Below, one piece after another: positions 28,216 through 41,774 of a DNA stretch of 64,000 nucleotides (positions are counted from its first letter, which is position 1; every line of letters begins with the position of its first letter). The stretch comes from Chrysomallon squamiferum (Eukaryota; Animalia; Mollusca). Below the pieces are notes generated by a model. That model saw nothing but the letters and a program-made list of their open reading frames with translations. It was not told where the DNA came from and did not search any database. Location of the stretch: assembly GCA_012295275.1 (NCBI GenBank), contig CM022678.1:3286001-3350000 (forward strand), given 5' to 3'. The position numbers and the translations under genes are program-made.

Positions 28216-28999
28216 TAAATAAAAAAATAATAAAAACAAGAATAAATTAAAAAAGAATAATAAATAATAAAAAAAAATAATAACAAATAAAATAAAATAA
28301 AATAAAAAATAAATAATAAAATAAAATAAATAAATAAAATGGTAAAAAAATAATAATAATAATAATACGGAAGAATAAATAATTTTATTAGACCATTTTA
28401 TTCGTATCGCCGATGATGGACTTTAAACGTGTAATACAGGAAAAAAATAAAAAATAAAAAATAACAAAAGCGTATTGTGTGTGCAGTCGTAACGAAAAAG
28501 AAGCTTCAGTTTCAGAATTAAGTAAAATTACTTTCATAACTTGCCACGTGCGAGTTATCTCAAATGAACTATAATAATAATATGACAATAATCTCGTCAA
28601 AAACGCGGTTATCCACAAAATACAGAGCAGACGATCGACATTAACCGCGCACTCTCGTAACGTTACTCTTCTTTTGTTTAAGCAATTGTCCGTAATTTGC
28701 AAACGAAGGAGGGCCAGTCATTTGCGTTTCTTTTTTTTTTTTTTTTTTTTTTTTTTCTGTCTTTTGATTAGTTTCGTTATGTACAATCGTTTTGCGGCAG
28801 CAAGGGATTAAAGGTTCGGGGCGGAATTACACCAAAAGTGAAACGGAGGGATTTAACAACGACACAAGTGGTAAGAAAGCAAGTTAAACAGTTTGGTTCA
28901 TTTTCGTAATTATATTAATTAAATCTCTCGCGGCTTTTATTTATTCATAAAACATGATACTTTTTTCCCCGCCATCCGAGACAGCAATTTTTTTTTAAA

Positions 29000-29037
<38 letters not shown>

Positions 29038-29599
29038 GTCATTTTTAAGTTGCTCATTCGCAACGTTCACGTTTTTGTTTTCAAATACCAACAATAATAA
29101 CAAACCACAATCATAATCATAATAGTAATAAAAACTACAAAATTATACACGACTCCTGTCAAAAAAACAAAACAACAACGATGTCAGCAAATAAGCGACA
29201 GGCGACGAAATGGACGTTGTTTTGTGGTTAATGATAATATAGGACGAGTTCTCTCTGACAGATACTGCGCGCGCCGACTAATTTAGCAAACGATGGGCGG
29301 CGCCTGAATGAAAATATTGACACCGGCAGATGTATTCGGAGCAGATATTACATAAACATCAACTCCGCCTACTTATTGTGGGTAATCTGACGTCATATTC
29401 CGCATATGTCAACGTGCCAGACCAATTATTACGGTAGTAGTACTATGTTAATTTAATTAAAGATGCAGTATCGCATTTTAAGAATTTCTTTTTATATTTT
29501 ATTTTCTAGTTTTTTTTTAAAATAATGATGATGTTAATGATGATTACTAATATTACTGCTACGACTATTATCGATAGTTACTACTATTACTATCTACTG

Positions 29600-29635
<36 letters not shown>

Positions 29636-31280
29636 ATTATTATTTATTTATTTATTTATTTACCTATTTTAAAGTAAATATTTATGTATTAAGGTAAGTT
29701 ATTAACAAATGCCTATCTAACTTAATGAAAAAATAAAATAAAATAAAAAAATAAATAAATAAAAATTAATGCAAACACAAATTTTTGAAGTTGGCAGAAG
29801 TTTCTAAAAATTAATGTTCTTTATCATAGTGATAGCAAAGTCTAAAACATACACATTTAAATATCAGCAATATTCCAAACTTCTTAATATTTTCTTTTCT
29901 TTTATATTGTTATTATTATTATTATTATTATATACTTTTTAAATACTCTTTTGTTTCTCTAAATACTTATTATTTATAAGATCGTTCATCACTAACATAA
30001 ACTGTAAAATATTAAACGTAAGAAGAAGAGACATAACTATTGCTAGTATTAAATACACCCACATAAGGTGATGATTATTAATACCAGATTATGAAATGAA
30101 ATGAAGTGTTGATGTTTTTTCTTTCGTCACGTGCAGCTCTCGAGATTACTGAAAATCTGGACTTGGTTTCACATTAAAGACGTGAAATCGCCATATGGCG
30201 GTCAACACCATTCATTGTCTAAAGTTCCTTACGTCACTGCGACCACCATAACTGTTCTGCCCATCTAACTGAACGTAATTTCCACAGAACAATGGGCGCA
30301 CCGTACCAGAGAATGGGATTGCGGCGTAATTATAGAAATTTAGCCACGAAATACGAAACGGAAAGCAATTACGTGACTTTTGGCCGGAGTTTAGGTCAGG
30401 GGAGGTCAGAGCGGCCATAGAGGCTGTGTGACCAAGGTGTCAGTTTCGTGTCCGGCATGAAAGACAAACTGACCAGACCCGTGTCGAAAGTTTGTTGTGA
30501 GGTAACAGAAGATCTGTCATCGTCGGAGATTACAAAATCTCGGAGGACGAGAATTGACAAATTAGGAAGCCGATTTCGTCGTCGGGTTAGATCGTTTTGG
30601 TCTTACGTCGTTAAGACGCGCTAATGAGGAGTCAGAGGTCATCTCGGTTCATCGGCAGTCTCTGATTGGTTGTCTGCTGGTGTCGTCTTCTTCTTCTTCT
30701 TCAGCGAAATACGCCAGACGCCAAACCGACAGTACGTCTGCTAAAAATGTTTCGTTTCAAAGCGGCTCGTTCCAGTATGTTCGTGTTAATTTAATAGACG
30801 CAGAAACTGATGCAATTATGTTAAATACGGAGTAAGATGAATTTAATGTCTGTAATTGTTAGTGTGTATTATTTGTCCTCTCTCTGCATCTCTCTTTCTC
30901 TTTCTCTCTGTCTCTCTCGAAGTGTCTCTGTGTGTGTCCCTCACTGTTTTCTGTGTTTGTGTCTGTCTCTGTGCTTGTCTGTCGCTCTAAGTGTTTGTTA
31001 TATGTCATTCTTTCCGTCTGTGTGTTTGTTTGAAATCGAAAATAATTGTTTGTAAGTTCCCAGTCGTGTATTTTACTAGAACTGTCGAATAATACAACAC
31101 TGTATCAGTTAACTAAAACATTGGTTCATCTGTCATAATAAATCATTACACAAAAACTGAGAAATTAAGAAATTACAAAATGAGTTAATTTCGCAATACA
31201 GAAAGGTACCTGTATTTAGAATAATATTACGTGCCATTATTATTGTTGTTGTTATTATTTATTTATTTACTTACTTACTT

Positions 31281-31342
<62 letters not shown>

Positions 31343-31771
31343 TTATTATTATTATTATTATTATTATTCACTACGCAGATGTATCATAATTATAATTACT
31401 ATAAATAAAAACTAAATATAAATACAAACAATAACTAACTAAATGAATCGAAATTATTGTGTTTGGATTAAAGAAATTATTAATACTTTTAACCTTTTTG
31501 ATCACGAATTACTGTTCTTACTTTAACTCAAGATAAAATAATTGGCACAGTCGAAGATTGTGTATGTACTGTCCTGTTTGTTTGAAATGTAGAATTGCTG
31601 CCGTAACAGAAAAGAAGACTTTTTTGTTTTTGTTTTAATCTTTTTCTGAGGGTTATTGCTTTGTTACAGTTTATATCCAAATTAATTAATTTATTTATTT
31701 TTATTTAATTTAATTTAATTTTTACTTGTTTACTTAGATTCAGGGTTAATTTATTTATTTATTTATTTATG

Positions 31772-31844
<73 letters not shown>

Positions 31845-33006
31845 CATCATTATTATTATTATTATTTACTTGTTTACTTAAATTCTCGGTTTATTTATTT
31901 ATTTACTTACTTATTATTATTATTATTTGTTTATTAAGTACACAAAACTCTATTTACAGTTATTATAAAGTTGTATTAAAACTAATCCTCTTTATATTTA
32001 AAAGTAATTTTTTTTTTTTACATTTCTCTCTAAATAAATTAAGATTTTTAAAATTCATATCAAAGGCTAGTAACAAGTATTATAAATTTGTACTAAAAGA
32101 ACTTACAATACTGTTTTTGTATTAAAAAATAAAGAAAAATGAAATGAAATAAAATAAAATAAAGAATAAGAAAGAAAAAGAAAGAAAGAGACGAAAATAA
32201 ATAAATAAACGAACTACTTACTCAAAACAAGAGGTCAATAAATTAAAAAACTGACAAAGAGACAGACACAAACACAGATAAACAGTGAAACAGAACCCAG
32301 ACAAAATCAAACGGTTTAACACTGGATGCACAAGTATTCAAGGGAAATAATTAGATTTCGCGTTAAATTTATCGCGATTGTCTCCCCTTAGAATGTTGTT
32401 ATTCAACGTAAAAGCTATTACTCTACACTTAATTTTCTTTTACCATCAGAAAACTGTACGCAACCGTTTTACTTTCTTTGCATCTAATTCGATACAATAT
32501 AAATATTATTATTATTATTATTTGAAAAACACAGAAATACGATTTATGTTTTATTAGGAATCTTACTGCATTCATTTTTTTTGTTTGTTATTTTGCATAG
32601 CAACCGACTTCCATGTAATATTTGTTAGCACATTCCGATTTCGGTGGAAAATCAGCCGTCAGCCAGCATTCATGTCTGTAGAAAAAGACGAAAGTAAAGT
32701 AATCTCAGTCAGTATTTTACAACCACCACTAATTACTATTTCATAAAACGGTTATTAAAACAACTGCAACAACAGCAGCGACAACGACTGCAGCAACAAC
32801 AATTGCTGTTGCTAATTACTGTTATTGTTACTATTACTGTTTCTACTATCGCTGTTTCTAATACCACTATTACTACAACTGCTACAAGTACTACTACTAC
32901 TACTACTACTACTATAATTTCACCCCTACAGCGGCTACTATCACTACTACTAACTATAATTACTACTACAACTCCAGGACTACTGCTACTAGTACTACTA
33001 CTGCTG

Positions 33007-33039
<33 letters not shown>

Positions 33040-33060
33040 ATAATAATAATAATAATAATA

Positions 33061-33146
<86 letters not shown>

Positions 33147-33480
33147 ATAAGTTTACACACAGACAAATGACGTTTCTGTTTTTGTGTAATGGACATCCTT
33201 GAGGGTCCATGTCGCATGGTTTACGAGAAATGACGGTTCTGGGGAAGTGGAAAGTCTCCGAAGCACACCGAGCATGCGCGATGATAACTGTAAGAAAAAA
33301 AAAAAATAATAATAATTCTATTTAAAATAGTTTTACAAAGCAACAACATCGGCAGTAACAACGAAAACAGAAGCATTACTATTAACATCAACACCCTGGC
33401 AAAACACAAGTACTTCAACAAAAGTAACAGCAATCGTTAGACCAATATCAACAACAACAAATAACAATGTCTGTGTGAGA

Positions 33481-33529
<49 letters not shown>

Positions 33530-34079
33530 GTATGTGAATGTGTGTGAGCGCGTGTGCATATTATGTCTGTTTATTAATTATTAATGATAACAGAGGTTTA
33601 TAAATTATTCATTTATTACTTTTTTTTTAAAACGAATTAATAAACTTTTTTGGCTTGAACGACCAATCCTTTTATCAGCATACTGTAGAGATATAAAACA
33701 TAATTACACTAAAGATGTTTATCAGACATAGTCAACACCTAGGAAAGTAGACACGGAATACATAAACGTACATGAGTAGATAAATAATGAAAAAAACCAC
33801 AAAAAAAACCCACAGGTAACTTACTAAAAAGAAAAGTTAGGAAAATAAAATGTCGCATCATGAAACTTGATCAGTCTGACTCTGTCAGCGATCTCCAGAC
33901 TTACAAGCTTTGCGCTAGCAGACGTAGAACCACGTGACAGGCATTTTGATAAGAATTATGTGAACGTTCGTCTGCTGTTGTTTTTTTGATAGACTTTCAC
34001 ACGACTATTCTTGTCAGATGTGGAAATTCGGACAAATGTTTCCCTAGGCAACCAATCGCAGTCGCAAATTAATTAAATT

Positions 34080-34129
<50 letters not shown>

Positions 34130-35459
34130 ACCGTTTATTTATATGATTAATTGCTCTAATAACATGACACTGAAATGAAACTTTTTATCAGAGAAGATAG
34201 CTTGCTAATCATAACTAGATTTTATTAAATAACATTTTGGAATAAAACAAACATCAACTGATAGTGGTACAATATTTCTTAACAGTTTTTGTTCACAGAA
34301 GACGTGCTAGATCAGCCGTTGTTTCTTGATCCCCCACCCATCCACCACCACCCCGCGAGAATAAGTAAAGAAAAAAAAAACCTGTGTATTTCTTGTTTCC
34401 GCAAAAACTAACAAGGAAAACATTCGACTGTTATTACGAAAGTCATCCAGATCGTTAGCACACGAACGTAAGGACACGCACACGCAAGCACACACGCACA
34501 CACACGCACGCACACACACACACACACACACACACATTAACCAAAATATATTGTTTCCATCAGCACTCACAATACAGAAATTTCGGTCGTTCGGAATTTT
34601 TCAAGCCCCTCTTTAAAACTCCACAAACCTAACTTTCTAATTTCCTTTCTAATCTGTGTTATTTATTTATCGTGTGGCAGGTGGTAAGTTTTTGTCGCAG
34701 GCAACTACAGCAACATCCTGGATAATAAACATCGCTGACAGCGTGTCGGTAAATTCACGTCACAACGTTGATGTCATTTAGCAACGAAATACGTCAACGG
34801 CAAAACGGAACACGTCACAAAGAAAGAAATGTTTATTTAACGACGCAAACTAAATGTTAAATATGGTAATATGAATCATGTCATGCATATATGATTAAAA
34901 ACAATATTGATAAACGGTTCCTAATCCAGGCTTAATTTACCGCCCCCTCCCAACCCTAGGGGATACATTTGTTGATTTTGGATTACCGGTATTTGCTCAT
35001 CACCAGGTTGCTCCATCTCATACAGACAACACCACATAGCTCGACACTAACACAATATATACAGAGCTCTGGTTGGATCAAGAAATAAGGATGGCGAGGC
35101 CTCTAATGGTAACCTGCGGGAAAGCGATCATACATAAAACGACTTTTTTTTCTTTTCTTTTTTAAACCAAGTTACTTTCCACATTAGCGTTCTTTCAGAC
35201 ATGATAATAAAGTAAGGCTATTAATACTCGTAATTTATTAATGTAGTACAGATTTTATATTAATTTTAAAAATATTGTGAAACAGATATTAACAACTACT
35301 TCAAAAATAACGACTTTCGTAGTTCATGGGGTGTCTAAATTTAAAACAGCTCCATGACCTAGTCTCATAAAACTGACCAGAATATACAATAAAAACAAAA
35401 ACAAAATCGTATTTAGTATATATATAAAAACAAATTTTTATTTATTTCAAACTGTTCTA

Positions 35460-35855
35460 TTAACCCATTTCATTTTCACCAGAAGTCGGGAGTTCTTGCA
35501 CCACATCACAACAGACTGAGTCTCCAGTCAATAAATTTGTGACCGCCATTTTTGTGAACTGTTCAGTTGTTTCTTGAGTTTCACACGATAGTTCACATGG
35601 AAATGACATGTAGTCATCCACGTCACTTCCCGTTTCACAAGCTTTTTCTGCACAACATTCTTCAGTGACATTTTCTGTTTCAGAAATATTACTCTCCATG
35701 GGTGTGTTTTCATCCTCATCAACGTCATCATCATCCTCATCAAAATATTTCTCTTCTTCGTCTTTCCCTAATGTATCAAGATTGTCGTAGCGTGCATTTT
35801 TGTCAACTTTGCTAAATTGAAATACAATAAATAAATTACAACAACAACAACAACA

Positions 35856-35890
<35 letters not shown>

Positions 35891-38313
35891 AAAAATTTAG
35901 TTTGTTTAAACACAGAAACTTGGACCAAATATTTATGAAGAACTAAGAATCACATGATATGATTCCAAAGAAATAAGAAATAAATTTGAATCATACAGTA
36001 ATAAATATTGATAAATGGTCCAACCCCACTGCAGAAATCAGAAAGATGTGTACAATAATAAATAATGATAAGTACCCCTACTCCAAGGAAATAAAAAAAG
36101 TTAAGCACAAGTCTGCATTATACAGTGATAAATACTGACAAGTGGTCTAACTCTAAGAAATCATTTTTAACCGTATACGTCAAGTTTTCATTATTATATA
36201 ACAATTTCAACACCAACTATCTTAAAAAAACATTGCTCTACGTTTTAGCTAGGATGAAGCCAAGCCATGTCACACTTTAAATAATTATGAATCTGGTTTA
36301 TACTCCAGTAAACTATTATGTGGAAAACAGTAACAGAATATATACATTTAATCATTTGTTAGCAAGAATTATGGAAGAAATGCTGAATCATTTTTTAATT
36401 ATTTATTGTAGAGACTTCAGTATCATCTACATGGATTGTGTCAAAAACAATTTTCTACATGGACATACAGGTTCAAAGACCCTCATGTGCACTTATTGTC
36501 TGAGTATACATTTTGTGCCTTCATGTGTACATATAGAGTATCTATATCTAAATATATACAGTGATACGTACCTATGTACAGAGAGAAAGAGAGGGGGGAG
36601 ATGTATGTTCTTATTCAGAGAGAATAAAAAAGAAAGACAAGGTGGACATCAGTGTGTATGGTGGTAACTGTAAGTAGATTTATACATTTTAAACCAAGAT
36701 CAGCACAGGAACACAATACAGAGGCTGGAGTGTACAAACCTGTAGTCAAATGTTTTATCTTGACCAGACATAAATCTTTCCTGCATTATCTGCAGAAATT
36801 CATTTCTCAGAACCTGCTTTTCAACTTCTGAAATTTTCGGTTTTGTATCTGTTGCAGATTTATCGTTTTTACTTGGTGCTTTGACTGCAAAGAAAGTAAA
36901 ACACTTTGAAAATATAAAACTATTTTAAATATAATCCCATTTCTTATTTTATATGTACAAACATGCATATGCACAGATATACACACACAATTACACAGAC
37001 ACAATTATACCAAGGAGTTTTCTTAGACAAAAATGGTGCTATTAGTATTACACGATTATTTCAAAAACGTAATGATTAAATAAATAAAAATATAAAGCTA
37101 AAATAAAAAACAAAAATGAACACGTCTAAGATATAAGACTTTTCAAAAAGATCTCTTTTTGTTTTGTTTTTTTTAAATAATTTATATATATTTAAAATTT
37201 ATTAATAATATTTTACAAACCATTTTCTTCATCTTCATCACTTTCTTCTTCTTCTTCTATTTGTCCTTCCTAAGATAAATTAAAAAAAAAAAAAATTAAA
37301 TTCATGTGTATGACTTTATAAATAATTTCAAAACAGTTCAAATATTTCTTTCTGGTTTAGCACTTCTAATAATAATAATAAATTAATTTTATTTTTCAAT
37401 TTTATTTTTTTAAATCAATACTTTTATGTCATTTCTATTGTTCTACTTTTATAGACAGTATTAATTTATTTTGTCTTCTTTTAATTATTTTCTTTGTTTG
37501 ATATATCTGTTAATTGTGTACAATATTTACTGCAATATTAAAAAAAAAATAATTTATATACACACTCACAAAAAAAAAAAAAAATCATTCTCTGATTCTG
37601 CTACATAAATTATATACATAAACTATATTTATTCAACATTTTTATCAACAATTTTATAAATACCTCTTTTTGCTTCAAAACTTCAAACCAAGCATTTTCC
37701 CTCAACTGATCCATGTGCTGCAATAAAACTGTGGAAAATCTTAAATCTGCTTTGTCGACTTTCGCTTGAATATCCTCCTCGCTCAAATACTGTCCAACCA
37801 TCTGATTGTACAGCCATGGGTCTCTCCATTTCATCTCCTCCTCACTGAAATAATCTCCATCAGACATTAATTCCTGCATGGCTGCGTATCTCCGATTGTT
37901 TATAATTTTTTTTTGTTCAATATTTTGTCGTGTTGTTTTTCAATTTCTCTGAGATAAAAATTCACTTCGTAATTGTTCCGATGTTCAGCGAAGTAAGGTA
38001 TGTCTTCAGGAAGTAGGTAACTTCCAAAACGTGACAGAAACAAAGGAATGTTTGTGTTCAAAATGTCAGAAGCAATTTTAGCTTTTTCTTTCAGTTCTAA
38101 GTCGGGATCATCTCTTTGCTGGTGTCGAAAATGTGCGTTTGATTTTGAAATACGATCAATCATGTTTTCTTTCAGCTGTTCCAGTTGTGGTGCTGTGTGA
38201 TCTAAGTTTTCGCCGTTGTCACTTTTTGTCATCTTTATGTCATCTATATTGTCATTTTCTGAATGCTCTTCAACATGATCAGTTTTGTTTGAGAAATCTT
38301 CAGCTACATCCAT
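35460..38313 (-). CDS. CCDC97: Coiled-coil domain-containing protein 97 (DUF2052 family), 4 coding exons: 37664-38313, 37221-37269, 36740-36884, 35460-35811; ~398 aa after correcting one frameshift
   Basis: Hallmark motifs FLSRFGSYL, NRRYAAMQEL..GDYFSEEEMKWRDPWLYNQMVGQYL, an acidic stretch, and LRNEFLQIMQERFMSGQDKTFDYSKVDKNARYDNLDTLGKDEEEKYFDED. All introns are GT-AG with matching phases (0,1,2). One base is missing in the T9 run at 37906-37914. Confidence 0.92.
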
Positions 38314-38759
38314 TTTATTGACATATCTATGAACAACAACAACAACAACAACAACAACAAAAACAACAACAACAATAATAATATAGCTTTATCCACCAAA
38401 ATTATATAAATATTTATATATTTTGTTTATAATTAACTTTATTTTTATGTATTTTGCGTATTTCTCAGAATTAAGGAACAGTTTTATTTTACAGTTATAA
38501 CGTAGAAGAAATTTACTTAGTTTCACCACAATACTAATAAAACAGAAACGATTAAAGGAACTAACGCTGATGCTACGTAAATAGCATTATTTTTGTCAGA
38601 ATATAACCAAAACGAAAATAGGCAACACACGATTTCAGAAAACACAAAATTAATGTATGTAATATAATAAGAAAAGCATATTTTTGATAAAATAGAATAC
38701 GCGTATTATGAATGAAACAAATAATACTTATTTCGAAAATTGCATATGAAATCCAATAA

Positions 38760-38940
38760 CTGCAATCATACCTTAAATTTACATCATTTACTTGAAATAT
38801 AAAACAAAACCAAATAACACAATTCTACTGACGCCTTTTATTTACTACGCTGTTATCAAACGACCACTCTACTACAATCTGTTGTAAATTCTGCCAATCG
38901 GAGTTTAGCGATCCAGTTTAAGTAAAATAAACAACAACGA
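38760..38940 (-). promoter_or_regulatory. Probable CCDC97 non-coding first exon / promoter
   Basis: Donor-like AAG|GTATGA near 38770, CCAAT box near 38894, local CpG enrichment, and an acceptor (ttcatAG) just upstream of the ATG at 38313. Confidence 0.35.
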
Positions 38941-39584
38941 CGATGAACTCAAAAAAAAAAAAAAAATAAAATAATAATAATAATAATAATAATGATAATA
39001 AAATAAATGAAAATAAATAAATAAATAAATAAAAAAATAAATAATAATAATAAATAAAAAAATTAAAATAAATAATAATAAAAATCACAGAAACATTAAA
39101 TTCACACCAGCAGTGCCTGTCAGAGTATACACAAACATCTCTTCCTTTTCTCGTTCTGACATTTTATATGTGTGTGTGTGTGTGTGTGTGTACACACATA
39201 TTTTTAAAATGATAGTTCAGACACAGCCATTTAATAATGATTTTATGTCTTATGTCAACAAATTTAATTGCAAAGATTTGGTGCCATCATTTCTTAGAGA
39301 AAAAATGATCAGTAGTTTTAACAATATTTACATGTGGTGCTTAGGCTACCTGGATCAATTCTTCTTGGTTTACAAGTTAGACTTTTGTAGGTAGTGCTCT
39401 AAAATAGAGGTTTCAAAGACAATGTGTCTTTTTTTTTTTTTTTTTTTATCAATCTTTCTTTTAATTTATAATAAATTTCACCCATAATTTGGTTCCAATA
39501 TACATGTATTAGAACCATCATCATTACAAATTTCAAAATTAGTTAATATACATATACACATACACATATACATACATACATACA

Positions 39585-39620
<36 letters not shown>

Positions 39621-40619
39621 TATGAAACAAATATGCTGAGAATTAAAAATAAAAATACTTATGTATTGATGGAAGAATTATTTCAAGGTATAACATATTT
39701 TATTAATAAAATTTATCTTCACATTAACATACTGTAAAATATAGTACTAGATGGATGCAGATTTTATTTAATTACATCTACGAGGAGCTTACTTGCATAA
39801 ACAGTTCCAAAATAAAAAAAGCAAGCACTACTGTTTCAGTAAGGTAATTATCTTATTAATTTACTGGAAGAAAAATTAAAATAAGTGAATAGTTAATTTC
39901 ATTTTGTTGTATGAATTAAGGAGAGAAATAGTTTCTGAAAGATTGTAATACTGTTAAAATTAGATTAAAACTAACTGTTATAACAATTATTATTAAAAGA
40001 AAACACACAAAGTCATTTTGAAAATAAAATATTTATTGAAAACATGGTTACAAGATATAATTATGCAAATCAAAAAGTCTATAAAAATATATACAAAATC
40101 ATTAAAACCTTTAAAAAGATAATAATTCACACACCAGTAATATAATTTTAAAATAATTTTAAATATGATATTCAATATAATTAAATTCATCACTTCAAAA
40201 ATATCACACCTGTGTTTTTTAATATATGATTAACTATGTTTTATATATTTTACATGAACAATTGTTTAACATTATTAATATATAATAAAATGACATCATT
40301 ATGATCCTCAAAAGAATTCTTCTTACAAAAATAAGGAGGTGCTATATTTCTGATCTGATGATCAGAATTTAAAATTATATACTTAAGTCATCACCCATAT
40401 AATTTCAACATATTTAAAGTATAATTAAACATTTTCAAATGTGGTTATTAAAAAATAAAAATAAAAATATAAGTACTGTTATTTTTGTAAAATATTGTTT
40501 TCAAATATTTTAAAAATATGTCTTTTAAATTTCCATACAACAGACTATGGCACTATTGTAGAAGAGAAAAAACAAAACAAATCAAATAATTTAAAAAAAT
40601 AAAATAAAAAAAAAATAAA

Positions 40620-40650
<31 letters not shown>

Positions 40651-41774
40651 TTATAATAATAATAATAAATAATAATAATAATACTAAAAAAAATAATAAT
40701 AAAATAATAATAATAATAAAAAAAAAAAAAATAAATAAATAAATGAAATTATTTTAAAGTTAAAAAAAAGACTTAACATTTTATTTTACTGTATAAAAAC
40801 CAAAATTAGTAATAACAATAACACTAATAGTTAAATATAAAGATCATCATTGTCAGTAATTATTGTTACAATATAATATGTATTAAATTTATGTAAAAAA
40901 ATAATAAGTGTAATAAAGACAGCGTCACCTGGTAAAAACAAATGTAAATAACATAAAACATGGACAAGTTTATTAATGCTAAGTCTTATAAGTATATTTG
41001 CATACACAATATAAAATTGTCTTTTTCACTAGCGATTTTTATTTTTTATTATATATATTTATTAATAATAATAGAAAGAAAAATAATTGGAACAAAGAAA
41101 GAAAGAATATTACATAAATCTTCACAATTAGCTCTAAGTAAACTTGTATAATTTATATTTTTTTATGACATTGTAATAGATTTGATAAATGCAATATGGT
41201 TAAAAAATTTACATTTCATATAAACTTTAGAGCAGACTTAATATTTATTTATAATAAATGATAAACATTTAATTGTTTTCTGAAGAATTTTAGAATTAAC
41301 ATGAATATGAAATAAAATTATGAAGTATATATATATATAAATAGGGGAAATATAAAAATTTTAGAGTTAGTACATATTAAATTTATTTATTTTATTATTA
41401 TTATTTTTTTAATATGCAATAATAATAAACTTAAATGTTTTCTCAATTGCATAGTTAAAAACAGTTTGACCTTTTGGTAAAAAGAGATATATTAATGTAA
41501 ATGCAAAAAATAAACACATTCATTTAGAAAACAGCTACTAATTAGACAGAGCATGACAAATATATTTCATCTGTTTAAATACAATGATTAAAATAAGTTT
41601 ATTTATAAAATTGAAAGTCTTTTTTTTTTAAATTTTTGATGATTTTCAAACAAGTAAATATCATTATAGTTAGAAATCATATTTCAAAATTCATGTCAAC
41701 TGTTTTGTGTGGATTATCGTTTTATCATGTCTGATTATGACTGAAATTTGAAAAATCAGTCTATATCAATTTAT

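Noticed and set aside
37900-37920. Programmed ribosomal frameshift in CCDC97 at an A9 run
   Set aside because: The same error type recurs seven times in the neighbouring gene; a homopolymer sequencing error is far more parsimonious.
38552-38776. Possible TTAA-flanked (Kolobok/piggyBac-like) MITE
   Set aside because: Only TTAAAGG...CCTTAA termini with no extended TIR; too weak to call without a repeat library.
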